Assembly (NCBI GenBank): GCA_040954595.2
Contig: CM082576.2
Coordinates: 10,543,129 to 10,607,128 of the forward strand
Source of the DNA: Balanoglossus misakiensis
Taxonomy: Eukaryota; Animalia; Hemichordata
Reading direction: 5' to 3'
DNA: 64,000 bases
Translations under genes and position numbers: made by a program
Notes under the pieces: generated by a model
Database searches by the model: none
What the model was told of the DNA's origin: nothing
Seen by the model: only the letters and a program-made list of their open reading frames with translations
In this document: positions 41,058-55,100 of the stretch, one piece after another
Numbering within the stretch: the stretch's first letter is position 1
Layout of the letters: every line of letters begins with the position of its first letter

Positions 41058-44000
41058 AAATGCAAACCAACAAAGCAACAGAACGTATCCATCACACCCT
41101 CCACCTTCCTTACTGCCACCGTTCCCCAGTACCAGCTTGTCAAAAGGCAGTTTTGATTGTAGAAACTTGCGCGTATTATCCAGAAGAAAATTCCCAACAA
41201 TCACCGTCCGCAGACGCATGCGCTCTGCCGCCTCACCCCGCGCCACCAGACTGCGACTTCGATCCCGGTGACTTGACAATTAAAGCACAACTGCGTACTT
41301 ACGTCAGTCAGTGAAATGACGTGTTGAACACAAAGAGACTGACATAAAACGAGGGAAAGCCTCCTTGCCCCGTACACGTATTCAACCTACCTTTGTTATT
41401 ATTAAAGTAATAATATGGCTTACATACAAAGTGATTCAATGACCGAGTCGATAGCTATTTCCAGGCACCGAATCTTTTCAGTTCAACTAAATGGGACCAT
41501 CGATTTGTGGAATTTTCCATCGTGTACAGTGTTTATAACATTCAATAAATTGTTGACCCGCGTGTGCGCACTGCAGAAGAAGCCTCTCCAAAGACAATGC
41601 TATAAATATTTCGAAAAATATTTGTTAAAAAGAACTCGCCAACGCCCGTCATTAATCAGTAATATGTTAAGGTTATATATTAATATTAATATTCAAAAGA
41701 GAAGAACAAATTCCATAAAAGCGCACATTCTTGAAAATGGCAACAAGCGCGACTGCGGGGGAAAATACAAATATTAAGTGGTTTCGCCTTCCCGTGTTTC
41801 CTAGCAACACCGGCCCTGTTTCTGTCTGTGTCACCTTGGGAACCGCGTGAACGGACGCTCCGTGAGCTTTCAGCGATATGTGTCTGTTTACATTCTCCCA
41901 CTCTGTTGCGGCGGAGAGAAGGAATAAATAGCCGGCGGGGATTGGCGAGTGAATAAAGAAAACATCCAGTTGCAGTTCGTCGCATGTCCGTGGAACCCGA
42001 GAAATGCGGGTTTGGTGTCATTAAGGAGATATTTAGAGGTGGGGTAAAAAAAAAAAGTTTCAGATGAATGCGATATGCGAGCGAACGCCGAAGGAACACA
42101 AAAGCTCGGAATGGCTTATTACTGTTTCAAACGACGCGACGCTTGGCCGTGCTAGCAGGTGATCCCTTAATTGGAATCAGAACGTAGCTATTTTGTTACC
42201 GTGTACATCTTTGCCACTGAAGTGGTGGGTGGAACGTTTTTGAATTGATTTTGATATTTAAACGCCAAACAAGAAGCCGCCGAGTCGAAGAACCGAGTAG
42301 ACGACAATTGTCACCACGCTTCTGCGCCTAAATCAATGGACTCTGTAGACAGTTGAACGACCGACCGACCGACGGACAAACCCCCAAATATATTGGTCCA
42401 ACATGCGCGGCCGACGACCCTCCTCAGAGTACGTACACACTGCCGCCAGCGCGCCAAGACAGACTCCCCCCCCCGTAAATACGACAATGGTGTACAGAAA
42501 TGTACAGAGAGAGAGAAAATCGGGTGAAATCGAACATGGAAATTGGATATTAGCCCCGCCAATTGTTTGATACGGCATGTAAAGATGTCGATTCGTGTTA
42601 TTACATGGCTGTCGTGATGCGCGTGTTCTGCAGACAGCTCCAAAGCGCAGAAATTAATACAGGAAAGGATATTCTGTCACACAATAATATGAAAAAGTCA
42701 CTGGCGCACAAAGGAAAGTAGACAGGGCTATAATGTGAGCGAAATCACTGTTATGGTATTTATTGATCTCGTCCATTAAATCTGTTCTGATTAACTACAT
42801 GAATAGGGGAAATTTTCCCATTAGACAGAGAAATTTTCCGATCGATTTTGGTGAATGGCAGCGGCATTCAAGAAGGGAACCCACGCTGAAAAGACCCGTA
42901 ATTGGAAAAGAGCGATGGAAAAAAAACCCCGGCGAATTCGACCAGTGCATAACAATTTCCTTCTTCGACGCTCCACTTGCCATGGCGCCGTATTAAGCAC
43001 TCGGCGATAAAGGGGGAAAGAAAGATGAAAAGTAGATGAAAGAGAACACTGATTTTTTTGATGGCCTATCATCAGCGATCAGTACCACCCCAAAGGTATC
43101 GGAGGGTAATTTCGATATCAGTATAAAATTTAAAAAAAATGAGACCAGACTAACTACTAGGAAAATAGCCCGCCTCAAAATAGATTCATGTCTGTCGATG
43201 GCTGAAGGGGAGAGAGAGAGAGAGAATTGTGACGCCCATATTTCAGCAGACCTTCCCCTGAATTTTTGTTTGATGTATAAATAACAAAAAATGCGGACTC
43301 TTCATACGGGGTCACGATTGTGCATACCTGTATCAAGGCCTTAGCTGATGTTTCCAAACGATATTTTATTTTTAAGGCGACTGGAATGCCCCCGCCCCAT
43401 CTGACACATTTTGATGTCAAAACAAAACCCACCACGCAATGCCGTGATGGAATAACGATTTTAGCCAAATTTGAAGCGCATAATTGATAAACAAACAGAC
43501 ACCTGTCTGGTTGACCTTTAACCTTGTCGTCATCCAGCGATAAGAGTTGGCTTTTAATTTCCGCGGTCAAATACAATGTATCGTTTCATATGGACGGTTG
43601 TTAATGAGATTTTCTTTTAAAGTGGACCTTGTTATGAAATGAAGGCTTGGTTTGCGGATTATCTGTCAGGCTTTTATGGGTTTATTTGCCAATAAATTGT
43701 CCCATTCACGGCCGCTAATGAAAAGTATAGTAAACGAGGCGTCTGCGTGCGTGCTTCACCATAACTTGTTGGTGTGTCTCTGTCCAACGCCACCATGACA
43801 ATCAGTTATTTGATAGAGACAAATTAGGATGTTTCAATCATTTTTTAATTTTTTTGAGCCGGTGACATGTTTGCATTCCGCAGCGTCACGTGACATTTAA
43901 TGAAAATTTCAGAGACGATTCATTTGCGTCTCAACAGATCGATGGGTCCTGGCTCGGGATGCTTGAAAATAACCATGTTTCTGAATACGGCTGTAGTCGT

Positions 44001-47000
44001 CGGTATTTCCATATACATGTACATGTACACGTATGCGCGGCATACATGTACATCCCACGATTCTTCTTGACAGAAAGTTCGGCTTTATCGGAAAAGTTTA
44101 CGGTGGAATTTCTCAGATTTGCAGGTGTACTGTTTTTCATGTTGTACTTGCATCATTAAGTGTGTAAAATGAAACAATAATAATTATGTAAAGAAAAGTA
44201 ACTTTGCAGTTTCTTTTGCCAGGGCACAAGTTTATCGTAACTCGCAGCATCAGTGACGTCACGAGCACCGAACTGAACGCCCCTTTTCCTTTAAAGGGCC
44301 ATTGAGCGTAATCTTATCGGCGGGAAATGAAAACAGATTTTTATTAGCAATATAAAATAGAGATATAATAATTCCCATAAAAAGTGTATCAGTGGAGAAA
44401 GGTGGGCGAAATTATCTCTGAATGTGATGAATAATTCATCCGGGAAATTGACTGCAATCTGCACAAAGCTGTATGAATCTGGATCGCGGGATTCTAGCAA
44501 ATAAGGCGAACAATGGGGCGCGTAATTAAATATGAAAATGAACTCGCCTCTTACAAGTAAGCGTTCAGAAACGGGAACAATGAAAATAACACCGAAGTTG
44601 CATAAAACGCCAGCAACACGTAGCAATAGAGGCGCCTCGGCGGTGATCGCACCAGACAGCGATGAAATGTCTTTGTGGACTGTGGCCGGTCAATTTCGTG
44701 CTTGGCTGTTTGTGTGCGAAAAAGCCACCCCGATAGGAAATTTACACACACATACACACAAACGCTGAGCAAACAAGCGGAAAATGAAATGTTATTAATA
44801 ATTGACAGATAACTGTGATTTATTGCACTCGCAGTTCCAATTTATTATGACTTATAGAAAGGTGAATTGTAACGGGCCTCGGAATCATGAAAAATTACAT
44901 ACGAAATGAACCTAGCGGGACAAGGAAATATACTGGTCAGTATGCCTTAGCGACGATACAAAAATCAATATACAGACACCAACTGTTGAAGAACACCCAC
45001 TGTATGCCAATAGAAATATATAAATATATATCAACATAGAGTGGGATAGCTAGGAACCAATGGTGCCGCTCAGAATGCCAACAATTACCGGACATTGTCT
45101 TTTTTCTGACCGAGCGATCTCTCGACTAGCCGGATTGCAGGTGCACGAAACCCGTATATTTTAATATTAAACGGGTCTTTACACACTTGGCGATGTTTAA
45201 CAACAGTCCGCTGCATATTTCTTAAATGGCGCGCGGACCATGGGAAATTGACAAGAATCCGCAGCAATTTTGACAATATACAATATCCCGGCATTACTAA
45301 GCTTCCAGGCTGTGTACATTAGGAAAAAATCCCACGTCGTCTCCACACGCACGGGTATTGTAGATTTCGCTTTCCCATAATAGGCCTGGGAATGAAGCGG
45401 GCCGCGTGCTCTCATTGTCTGGCCTGACTACAGAAATCCATCACGGCTTCCCCGTTTTTTCACTGAAAGAGGCTCGCTTTCTTTGTCCCGTGCGTGTGCC
45501 GCGACTCAATGGCCAGGGACCGAAAATGCTTTTATATTCCACCGTCGAATTGATTCTAACAGTCTACACAAACACAAAAGCCGGACCCCCTGAAAAGGAA
45601 ACCTGCCCAGCATACTGATTTTGTCCCGACGCGCGCAATTATGGCGTCCGGGGGAAAAGGAGGCGAGAATGCCGCCGACAACAAAGAAAATTGCTGCGCA
45701 TGCATCCATTTTAATATTTGGAAGCCGGAAAAAAGGGGAGAAGTTGAGTGGAATGTTCGCGACGAGCGTGACGACAATGTTTTTTATTTCATTCCAACCA
45801 TCGTAGGACTCAGTAATGAAATGTACACGGGCGCTGTCGTGTTCTTCGCCGGGTGAGAAAATGGAAATCTATGTCGAGTGATTCAGCGGACTGAACAGGC
45901 CGGAAACGAATACTTGGTTGCATGGGGGGGGGGGGGGGGGGCTGACGGAAGAGGCGCTGGAACGGTCACTTGGGATGTCGCAGTCGGAGACCGGCAGTCA
46001 GATTCCGTGACTCATGCAGTGTGTTGTCCGTATAAATTCTTCAAGTATCGTTTATTGGAATTTTCCTCTTTTTTCTCAGAACTAGCCAGGTATTAGCCCG
46101 GGATACGGATGGATAAACGTGGTTTGAAAAAAATAACACGTTTATATAAACGATTGTTTTGTCCAATAAAAGTCCAATAAAATAGACACTGGTTTGTCGC
46201 AGGAAAGGAGGCGCGCGTCGACAATGTGCGAGAACAGAGCAGATTTCGAATGTCATCAGTGCTCAAGAAAGGATGGTTCTTTGTCTGTCTGTCTGTCTGT
46301 CTGCCTATTTGTTTATAATTTTACCACGAGCCTCCTACAGGGTCTATGCAACGAGTCAGTTATATCAGAGTGCTCGGTATGAATACATAAAAATGCTTAA
46401 TGTCCCAATGATGGGAATTTTAACAATAAAAACAGAAAGATTCGCGACAACACTTCATTTCCCCCCAATAGCAGATAGGCCCCATTTCAAGGAATGTTTG
46501 CTTCAATTGATCTAGTCCGCTGGCAAATGGAAGAATAATTGACCGAAAAACGGCTTAATTAAAAACGTGAGAAATATTAGGGGATTAAATCTTGATGATT
46601 CACCCCCTCCCCTAATACCCGAGAACTGGATTTTGCGCATATTATCCATATTAGAGAAATTTTAAAGGAGAGGATTAGACAAAGAAGGACAAAAGTCGTC
46701 TAAAAGTGTATAACCGAGCATGATTTATGTCCGTTTATTGCGAAATACACAAAAGGGTGTCTCATTCACCGCACATCATCGCCACTACCACGGAATTTTT
46801 CGCGGTTATCTGGGTCATTAAGCGAATCGGATGAAAATTCAATCTTGTTAAACCTGAACTCTGAGCGCGTCATACGAGGTGCAAATGAAAGGTTGTGGAT
46901 GTCGTAAACACCGGCTCGGGTCGGGCATTCAAAGGACTTCTTTTACTGTGATGGTTCACAGGAATTTACCCGCGGTAATGTACAGCGAAGGGAAATGGGC

Positions 47001-48645
47001 ATATTTATTGATATTTATAGTGATTTCAATTTAGCCTGATTGCCGGTTGGCTTACTATCCTCCAAACTGATCGCGCAAAATGCAAAACGCGGCGGGCGTC
47101 CCATCTGCCCATCCGCTCATCGCGAAACCTCCAAAGAACTAGTCCACAGGCAACGCTAAAGTCTCCCATCGCACGTGGCGAGAGTGATGAGTGTTGCCAT
47201 GGCGACGGGAGTACAGAGGCGCACTGTGGCATTGCATCGCCGCTCCCGTAATTATCCTTGTGAAGCGGAGGACAGCTGAAGAAAAAAAAATAATATGTAT
47301 TTTTCTTCTATGGGTAGACACGCCAATATGCGATGGCAAGGCTTGAAATTGATTTCTCGGTGGGTGTTTATTACACAGCGAGAGACGCGTACTTGTGACG
47401 CGTTTCAAATGGATGGGACTCGGCCCGGTTCGGGCTTTCAGGCGATGCAGCGGAAACGCAAGCTCACACGCGCACCTCAAAATAGTGATAATATCAAACG
47501 ACTTTGCCAACATTGCCATGACTGGCGAACAAGTCAAGCACGTATAACACATAATATAAATCACAATTTCTTGACAATTTAGATCGATTATACGAGCATG
47601 AAAGAAGCTTTAATTTCTAATATTTCCGACGCCAATATTATGTATTTTGCATTTACTGCTCATGCTTTATGGCATTTCGCCATTAACCACTTCACAATGT
47701 CGTCTTTCGAACTCTGACTCACAGTAAGACATCTTTCAACCCCCCCCCCCCATTTTTCTTTTACTTTACAGCCTTCCATCAGAGACGAACACCCTCTTCC
47801 GGCCTGTATATAAGCTCGACTAATTTCTCTGCGATTCTTCCCGCGAAATTTTGTCCCGGTCGATTCTCCGCCAAAGATTATTCGCCGCGGCGGAAATTTG
47901 TAACATGTGGTTGTTATTCGTCGGCAGCTTAGGAGGCCCTGTCGGTTGCCCGGGAAATTGCTGAGTTCCAGTAAGCACGTTCTTAGTGTGTTGCTGCTCG
48001 CGATGCAGGGGAAATGAGCATTGTGGCCGCCAGGTAGCGGATCGGAAAGCCCACATGATGTTAAATAATTGCGCATATTTGAAGGCAACGGCCCTAATTC
48101 GGGCAGATTTCTATGCACGGGTCGGCTTTTTTTGTTGACGCACTGCGAAGTGTACACGTTCCGACTTCCGCCGCCCTTGACTTGTCCGAGTATTTCAAGA
48201 TCGCGACCTCTTTAAATAGTGAAATGTCGATTACTGCCGAGAATACCAGCGAAAAAGCAGGCGATGAAAAGCGTACAAAACGCGTTTAAAACGATCGCGC
48301 TAAATAGCCAGAGATTAGCCTCATTTATAGCGAGGTTCACTAAGGCAGTGCAGCACTGCAGTTTATTCCTGTCCTGTCTTCAGTACGCATGTCCCCTGCT
48401 GTATAATAATAAAATATGAGGTTGACACAAAAATAAGTCCCTCGCCATGCATACGCTACTTCTCCCATAGATATTTTGACTTCAGCGATATACCACGGTT
48501 TGATTTGTCAATGGTCTTCAACTGAAGATTCGAGAAGTTTCCATGCTCACATTTTGGATGAACCACGAGTCGCCATCATGAATAAATAAACGACCATACG
48601 TAAGCTTGCCAGTGGAATTTAGGAATCTGATGCTACTGTATGTAT

Positions 48646-48684
48646 GATTTATCATATACAGTAGTCTACTGTCTATGGATTTAT
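48646..48684. mobile_element. Transposon footprint-like 25-bp palindrome with 7-bp TSD
   Basis: GATTTAT [catatacagtag t ctactgtctatg] GATTTAT. 12-bp arms with 1 mismatch; CA..TG termini. Confidence 0.55.
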
Positions 48685-49896
48685 CCACCTGTTTTTGTAG
48701 TTATCGTACGGACAACTTTCACAACTTGTCCCATTTGCTCCCATTTATATCACAATAATAGAAACTGACCGGGATAAATAATGAGGTTCTACAGCGATAT
48801 GTGTGCAAGATTACTGATGACTAAGCTTGAAATCTCAGATGGCGATGTAAATTCTATCTTGGTTTCCGGAAAGTGAGCGTTTGCTCTTGGCGCTCTTTTC
48901 TGGCGAGCAGTGACATTTCAATACGGAAAATCTTTGAAAGCACCGGTGTTCGGCGCTCGATGTTTACGTTTTCTTTTCTCTCGCCCGGCGAACCAGGGCT
49001 GTTGCACAGGTCGGTCGGTCGGTCGGTCGTGACGTCAACAGTCGCATAGCACCAGCACGGTGCCTCCATAGCGAATGGACCGTAGCTGAACTGAACTTTA
49101 AAACGCTTAAAATGATGCGTGTTCGTGCACATGTCATTTAAAATTTGATCAGGTATGGGAGGGGCTTTACGAACGTGTGAAAATGAACGTGACCCCCGCA
49201 CGGCGTGTGACCGGAACAAATAGCGGTGACCGACTCGGCCAAGTCGCGTTTACTTCTCACGTGGGAAAGTCACTCTCCTGTCGTCGTCAACTATTAATAG
49301 TGGGCGGGAAGACAACACAGCCGCCAAAACACGCGCGTGCCGGGGATTACGTTACGTAACGGCATCAGCGGCAGTAAATCATCATCCTGTTGGAGCGGTC
49401 AAAGGAACAATGCCTTTTGTTGCAATCCCCTTTATCTGTCCTTTTATTCTGAGACACAAAAAGGAGCTCATCCGAGATATCTCCTGACAAGACAACGCGA
49501 GGAAATCACATCGGTTAAATAAAGCAGCGCATTGTACTAAGCCCCGCCTGTTTCGCCTTTTGTCAATTTTAAAATCACAAATCCCCTCTAGTCAGTATTT
49601 CTTTTATTTACTTTTGTGCATCCAACGGTCTTCCGAAAGATCTTATAAGCTTCTTCATTACTTCTTCACACAGTTGTACTTCATTGGAGCCACCGATGAA
49701 TTGTTTTTTCGAAGACCGGTCCAAATACTTATCCCGCATTAACAAAGGAGTCCACGCGTGTACAGATAGATAATTCTATCCTATTATTCAGACAGTTGCG
49801 TTGTAGGCCCAATGCCTAACACAAGTCAAATCCTTGCAATGGAAATAGAGAAAGCATTCTGCAAATGGTTTATACGACACACTATCAATCTCATTT

Positions 49897-50104
49897 CCCC
49901 CCCCCCCCCCGAATGAACCAACCAACCAACCAACCAACCGGTACCACCCAACCAACCAACCAATCTCTGTGTGTGTCTCTCTTTCAACACTTTCTCTTTG
50001 TCTGTGCTTTCACCGACTGTCTGTATGTAGTCAGTCAGTCAGTCAGTTAGTCATGCAGTTAGTCAGTCAGTCAGTCAGTCTGTTTGTTTGTTTGTTTGTT
50101 TGTT

Positions 50105-50164
<60 letters not shown>
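49897..50164. repeat. Compound microsatellite: poly-C, (AACC)n, (CAGT)n, (GTTT)n, (CTGT)n
   Basis: Directly visible adjacent tetranucleotide blocks. Confidence 0.95.
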
Positions 50165-50165
<1 letters not shown>

Positions 50166-51892
50166 CCATCTACACCATTGGTTATCATTGATCCAGTCAC
50201 AGTGTCCGGAACGTTCGCTGCTACATGCTCCTTGATAGTAACGACAGTAAACTCAACCTCGCCCACAGCTCCGTTTCTTTGCGTGTGAGGGCGAGTGTGG
50301 ATCCATAAGGACAAAAAACATAACAATTACAACATAAAAATTGCGGGCAAAACATATACGTATTTACGCATGCAGTATTATGAGGAAAAAACGCCACCCC
50401 AAGGGGCTTCACTCGTATATACACATAACTTGACTCAAGAGACCTGGGTCTGTTGGCGTGGCGCTTCTGAGATATTCGACTGAAGAACCATACTGGACAA
50501 TACTGTCATTTCACGGCGAGAGATGTAACCATCAAAATCATCACATCCCCCCAAATCGCCCCGAGGCATGTGTTTAGCAAGAATGCTGCTGCTGTTATCG
50601 GCGGCAAAGACGCGAACCGATAATTCACCCAAAATGAAATGGTGCGCAGGCTGAATTAAACCCCCATTTAGGAAATGAAAATTAATTTGACATAGCCTGC
50701 CGAGTTTAAATATGTGCGCTTTCATATTGACCGGGGGAAGAGAAAGCGACAATTAAATTGCACTTTCTTTGATTTGCGCTGCTTTGTACCTGGCATTCTA
50801 CTCTTTCACGCTTATTAGTGTTTGGGAAATTTCTGAACTGACGCTTTCCTTTGTGAGGAATTGCATCGCCGCGTGAATGAGAGAGAGAGAGAGAGAAATA
50901 AAAAAGCATGCCACAGCAGCACGGAAGGGTAATTTTATCTATTCCGGCGAGTCAGGACACAAGTAGCGCCCGTTTCAATAACATGTTTTTAAGCTGTCTG
51001 CCGTCGGACGGTGACGCCCCGTGCAGGGCAGGGTGATGATAGTCCTACACAGTCCAATGCAATTATTCACAACATCAGGATATTTTTTTTTCGTTCGCCC
51101 GCGTATACAGACAAGAAATCACATTCCTACGTTTTCCAGGCATGCCGGATTTTATTTATCTGTTTTCCTTCAAGTCAGTAATTTCGTCAATTCATGTTTT
51201 TTTAATAATTTCAATGAAAATCTTATCCCAGCTCAAGCAACAGTTTCGCGCCCACGAACTTATGCACATTTATACCTGCATATATAGTCAGGAGCGGATG
51301 TACCTATTTTGCCGCGGTACAATATGATCCTTTGCTGCGAAGCGCTGCACAAGCAAGGATAGTTACGGGGGTTATCGTCGTATTTAAAGGCAATTTGAAG
51401 ACATTCTACACGAGTTTCTATACGTCTTTATTGTCGAGTCATTTTCGCGGTCGTAATTAGATACAGTCGTGCTTCTTGGTGGCTATTCACAGATGCCGGG
51501 GCTTTTGTCGTCCAGGCAGCCGCAAAATCCGAGGACCGGGGTAATCATCATTACGTCGACAATCTCAGAATTCCTGAAGCTATCTTGTAACTGTATCATT
51601 GCATTGTCCCATCCAGCTAGAAAGTGCACCGGTACACCGTGCCCATATTCTCAGAAATCCCGACATGCTTGGTTAATTTCTTTGCTTTCTTATTTCGGAG
51701 GGGAGGGGTATCTCTACACATGTATTGCCAAGCGAGCATTCGACCGAATCTATCAGGCAGCTAAGGAGCCTGTCAGTATATTTGCGGGTTTCGATATTTT
51801 TTATAAATTGACACATATCGGTTCGTCAACAAAAATGTCAGACCATCACCAGTATTTCCGAATTCCAGCTGTAAGTTTTATTATTTTTTTTT

Positions 51893-52188
51893 TGTTATGG
51901 TGGTCTACGGCAATATCTTGCTGTACTCCTTTACTTATGCTTAGTTGGAATATTCTGTACATTTTGTGTTTGGATTGCCCACTCAGTCGGTTTATGTATG
52001 TCCTCTATTGTTATTTACTACCGTAATACTGAATATAAGTCCGGACTTAAATGCCACCACTAAGAATGGCATCTTTGTTGACAAGTCGACTAAAGGTTTC
52101 ACCGTGGCATTGTAGAGAGTAATGTTAAATAAAGTGCATAGCTCATTAACCATCAACATTATGGCCAAAGTCCCTGACAGGTATAACA
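51893..52188 (+). mobile_element. Possible solo LTR
   Basis: TGTTAT ... ATAACA termini, ATATAA 52033-52038 and AATAAA 52128-52133 in LTR order. No clean TSD. Confidence 0.3.
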
Positions 52189-55100
52189 CTGTTTACTGTT
52201 AGTAACCTGTTGCCGTGGGAACGACGTGTTTATCCGCACTTACGTGTGCGACCGATTTCACTGGGCAATATTTAACAAAGTAACGTCTACAAACACTGTT
52301 AAAATTGCGTTTTATTTTCGTTGTACACACATACGACCAAATTCCGCCCGGCACGGCGGACGTTGATTGGCAACTGCAAGTCATCAGCGCTCTGTCCGAT
52401 TAAGTGGTCGGTGGTACGTGCGGAAAGGCCTCGGATATTTGATTTATTAGCCGAGAGAGTGAACGACTTCCCGTTGGAACGCTTTGGCTTTAGAAATGAC
52501 GTCGGGACGTTCGCCGGCCGCATTCAGTTTTAATGTTATTAGAAACTAAACTAAACCACCCAGGACTGTGTGTGAAGTTACATTCTCAGGTGTTCACGTG
52601 AAAACTGCGTGAAAGCCCCGTGCGTCGAACCTAACGTTTAAGTTGCCCGTTACGTGACATTATTATAATTTTTTTTCTTGGGGGGTCTGTGTTATAACTG
52701 ACCGCGGCACTGGGCGCGTAACTTTTAAAGTTGGAGAAAAAAAAATTGTTGGCAATGGGGATTTTGATTCGTCGAAATGCCAGTATTAAAAGGGAAATAA
52801 AAACTACGCAAATCATGGCAAGCAGTAATAAAGCACACAGAATGGTTGCAGGAAACCGTACTCTCGCGTTCGACCCTCCAGCTCCGATATGTCTCGGTTT
52901 CCCCCGCATCAATTTTTCAGACATACGTGATGAGCGAGTATCGTGTTATGCCTCGGATCAACTCCGTACGGTGTACATTTCACTATTTTATGCTGAGTCA
53001 GGTGTCAGGCATAACGGTTTACACGCCGGCTCCATTTTGTTTGTGCAGTGATGCTTAGCAATGCAAAGAAGGTCTTCTTTTAACATCTCTGGGAAAAAGA
53101 ACAACATCGGGCGTGGATATTAAATGGCAGTTATATGCGGCCGACAGAGCAGACTAGGAAGCTTTGTTGCAAACAAACAGTGTCAACCCCTCAGAAGAAT
53201 GCCGGGGCAATTAAAAAGGGCCTCCAAATCGGATACATCCATATTTAAAAGGGAAAATAATCGCATTTGCAGAAAGGGATGAAAATGATTCGATATCCTT
53301 ATTAAGAAATGATGGCTTCAAATCGCCTACTTGCCTGTTGGCTAAATATGTTTGTGCGCAGTGACGTCATGAATTCCTATGGGTACGAATTACGGGTATT
53401 CCGTAAATGTCAGAATATCACTCAAATGACATGTTTTCAACTTTTCATTGCAAGTCCATCTCGGATGCAAACAAACTGGTGTAGGCCTACTTATGAAAAG
53501 GCCAAAATACTTACATGTTCGTTGACATGATGACGTCGAGCTTGATATTTCGATAAATTGTTAACAATTTCGTCACAATAACAAACATATGTTTAATTTC
53601 TAGATCTGTTTAGAATTAGTGACAAAGCGGATCAACAGTCTGTCAATAATCGCAGAATTTTCTGCTGTGGGGAATTCATTTGAAAATCTACATGCTTCGT
53701 TCGCCACAAAAAAAGACTAACAAAGATTTCTTCGATGCGGACATCGAGAGAACGAATGCGCACACATGCTCGCAACACAAGCGCGTGTCACTGCGCGCTC
53801 ATTCGCTCATCCCCGCAATTTTAAGGAACTGCCGACAATTGTTGCATTTTTACTACTTTCAGGAGATGTACGTTATGCGTCGGTTCCGTTTAAAATTTAT
53901 CTTCATCACAGACTACAAACATAAGGGGCCTGTCCTCGTTCCTCCTTAACTTAACCCTGGCCGATGACGAAAGAATCTGCCTGAGCCAGCAGAGTTCTCA
54001 CCCGTCCACGCCTTTCATCCCGTTTTTTTTCCCTTACCAACCAGCCATGCATAGACCTGCATGCACTTTCAACGGTATAAAGACAAGGCACTTTCAAAAT
54101 ACCCGTTTCATCTCTCGTGCATTTCATTATGGGACAGTTAAAAGACCGTGGTTCTGGGAAACATACCATCTGTTTACACACATTTACGTTTTTTTTATTT
54201 ATCATTTTTTTCGAGCCCACGGGCCGCGGCGTGCAAGATGATCAGGATGATGCGAAAAGCAGTCGTATATAATCGGCTTAGCGACTAGAGCCGGGCTTCA
54301 GCCGGCCTCCTGTAGCCGAGCGCTGTTAAAAATTAATTCGAACATCATCATCGTAATGGCGCGAAATACTCATACCTTCCCGCTCACTTGTGTGTAGATT
54401 ATCTCGTCTGTTTCTTCGCTCCTTTTTTTGCGCAATCGACTGTGAGCGCGCGCGCAAGCAACACACACGGGCACACTCGAACCTAACTTCGGACTCAACG
54501 GAGACGATATTGACAACGAAGACAAACAAAAATCTAGGGTCACAACAACATAGATTCGAAACAGCGTGATTGATCATGGTTCCCGGGGTTGAAATTTGAT
54601 CACGCCCGACTTCAGGTTGGATATTTGCGGCGCATATCTCAGCATCAGGTTGCAACGAGTCTACCGCACACCTTGATCAAGACTCCTTAGCCCGGTGGAA
54701 AATTGCAACATAAAAAAAAAACTCCTCTGGCATTTCTTATATACTAGACTGCGCGTCTCTTTGTTTCTGTTTGAGTCTTTGGATTCCATCAGATATGATA
54801 AATAAAATATGCCAAGAGAGTTTTATATCTTATTCAAGTTATCGTGTTATTGATGTGTGTTTTTTCCTATAGTGGACCACCTTCATTTAAAATTCATTAG
54901 CCATTTCAATTTGAATGCGTCTTGTTAACATTTTCAAACTTTGATGTGTATAAGGCATTTAATAATATGATGTATCCAGGGTCAGTAGTTAAAATTAATA
55001 ACCACACGGACATTTTGGTTGACTGTCTGTAAACAACACTGTTTATGGCATTGGTGCGGTTCGTTGGTCGCTACACGCTCACGTGGTTTGGGCAGGTCAC

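Noticed and set aside
40554-41279. 241-aa ORF, and similar ORFs at 26454-26963, 31926-32237 and 49969-50326
   Set aside because: They are held open by microsatellites (HPSI, SLSL, IYLS, SVCL repeats) and show no protein-like features.
48813-48850. ctgatga...gaaa hammerhead-like core
   Set aside because: No convincing stem I or II, and the cleavage triplet would be AUG, which is not NUH.
51469-52026. 185-aa ORF
   Set aside because: GTG start, no recognisable motif, and it overlaps a T-run and a possible LTR relic.
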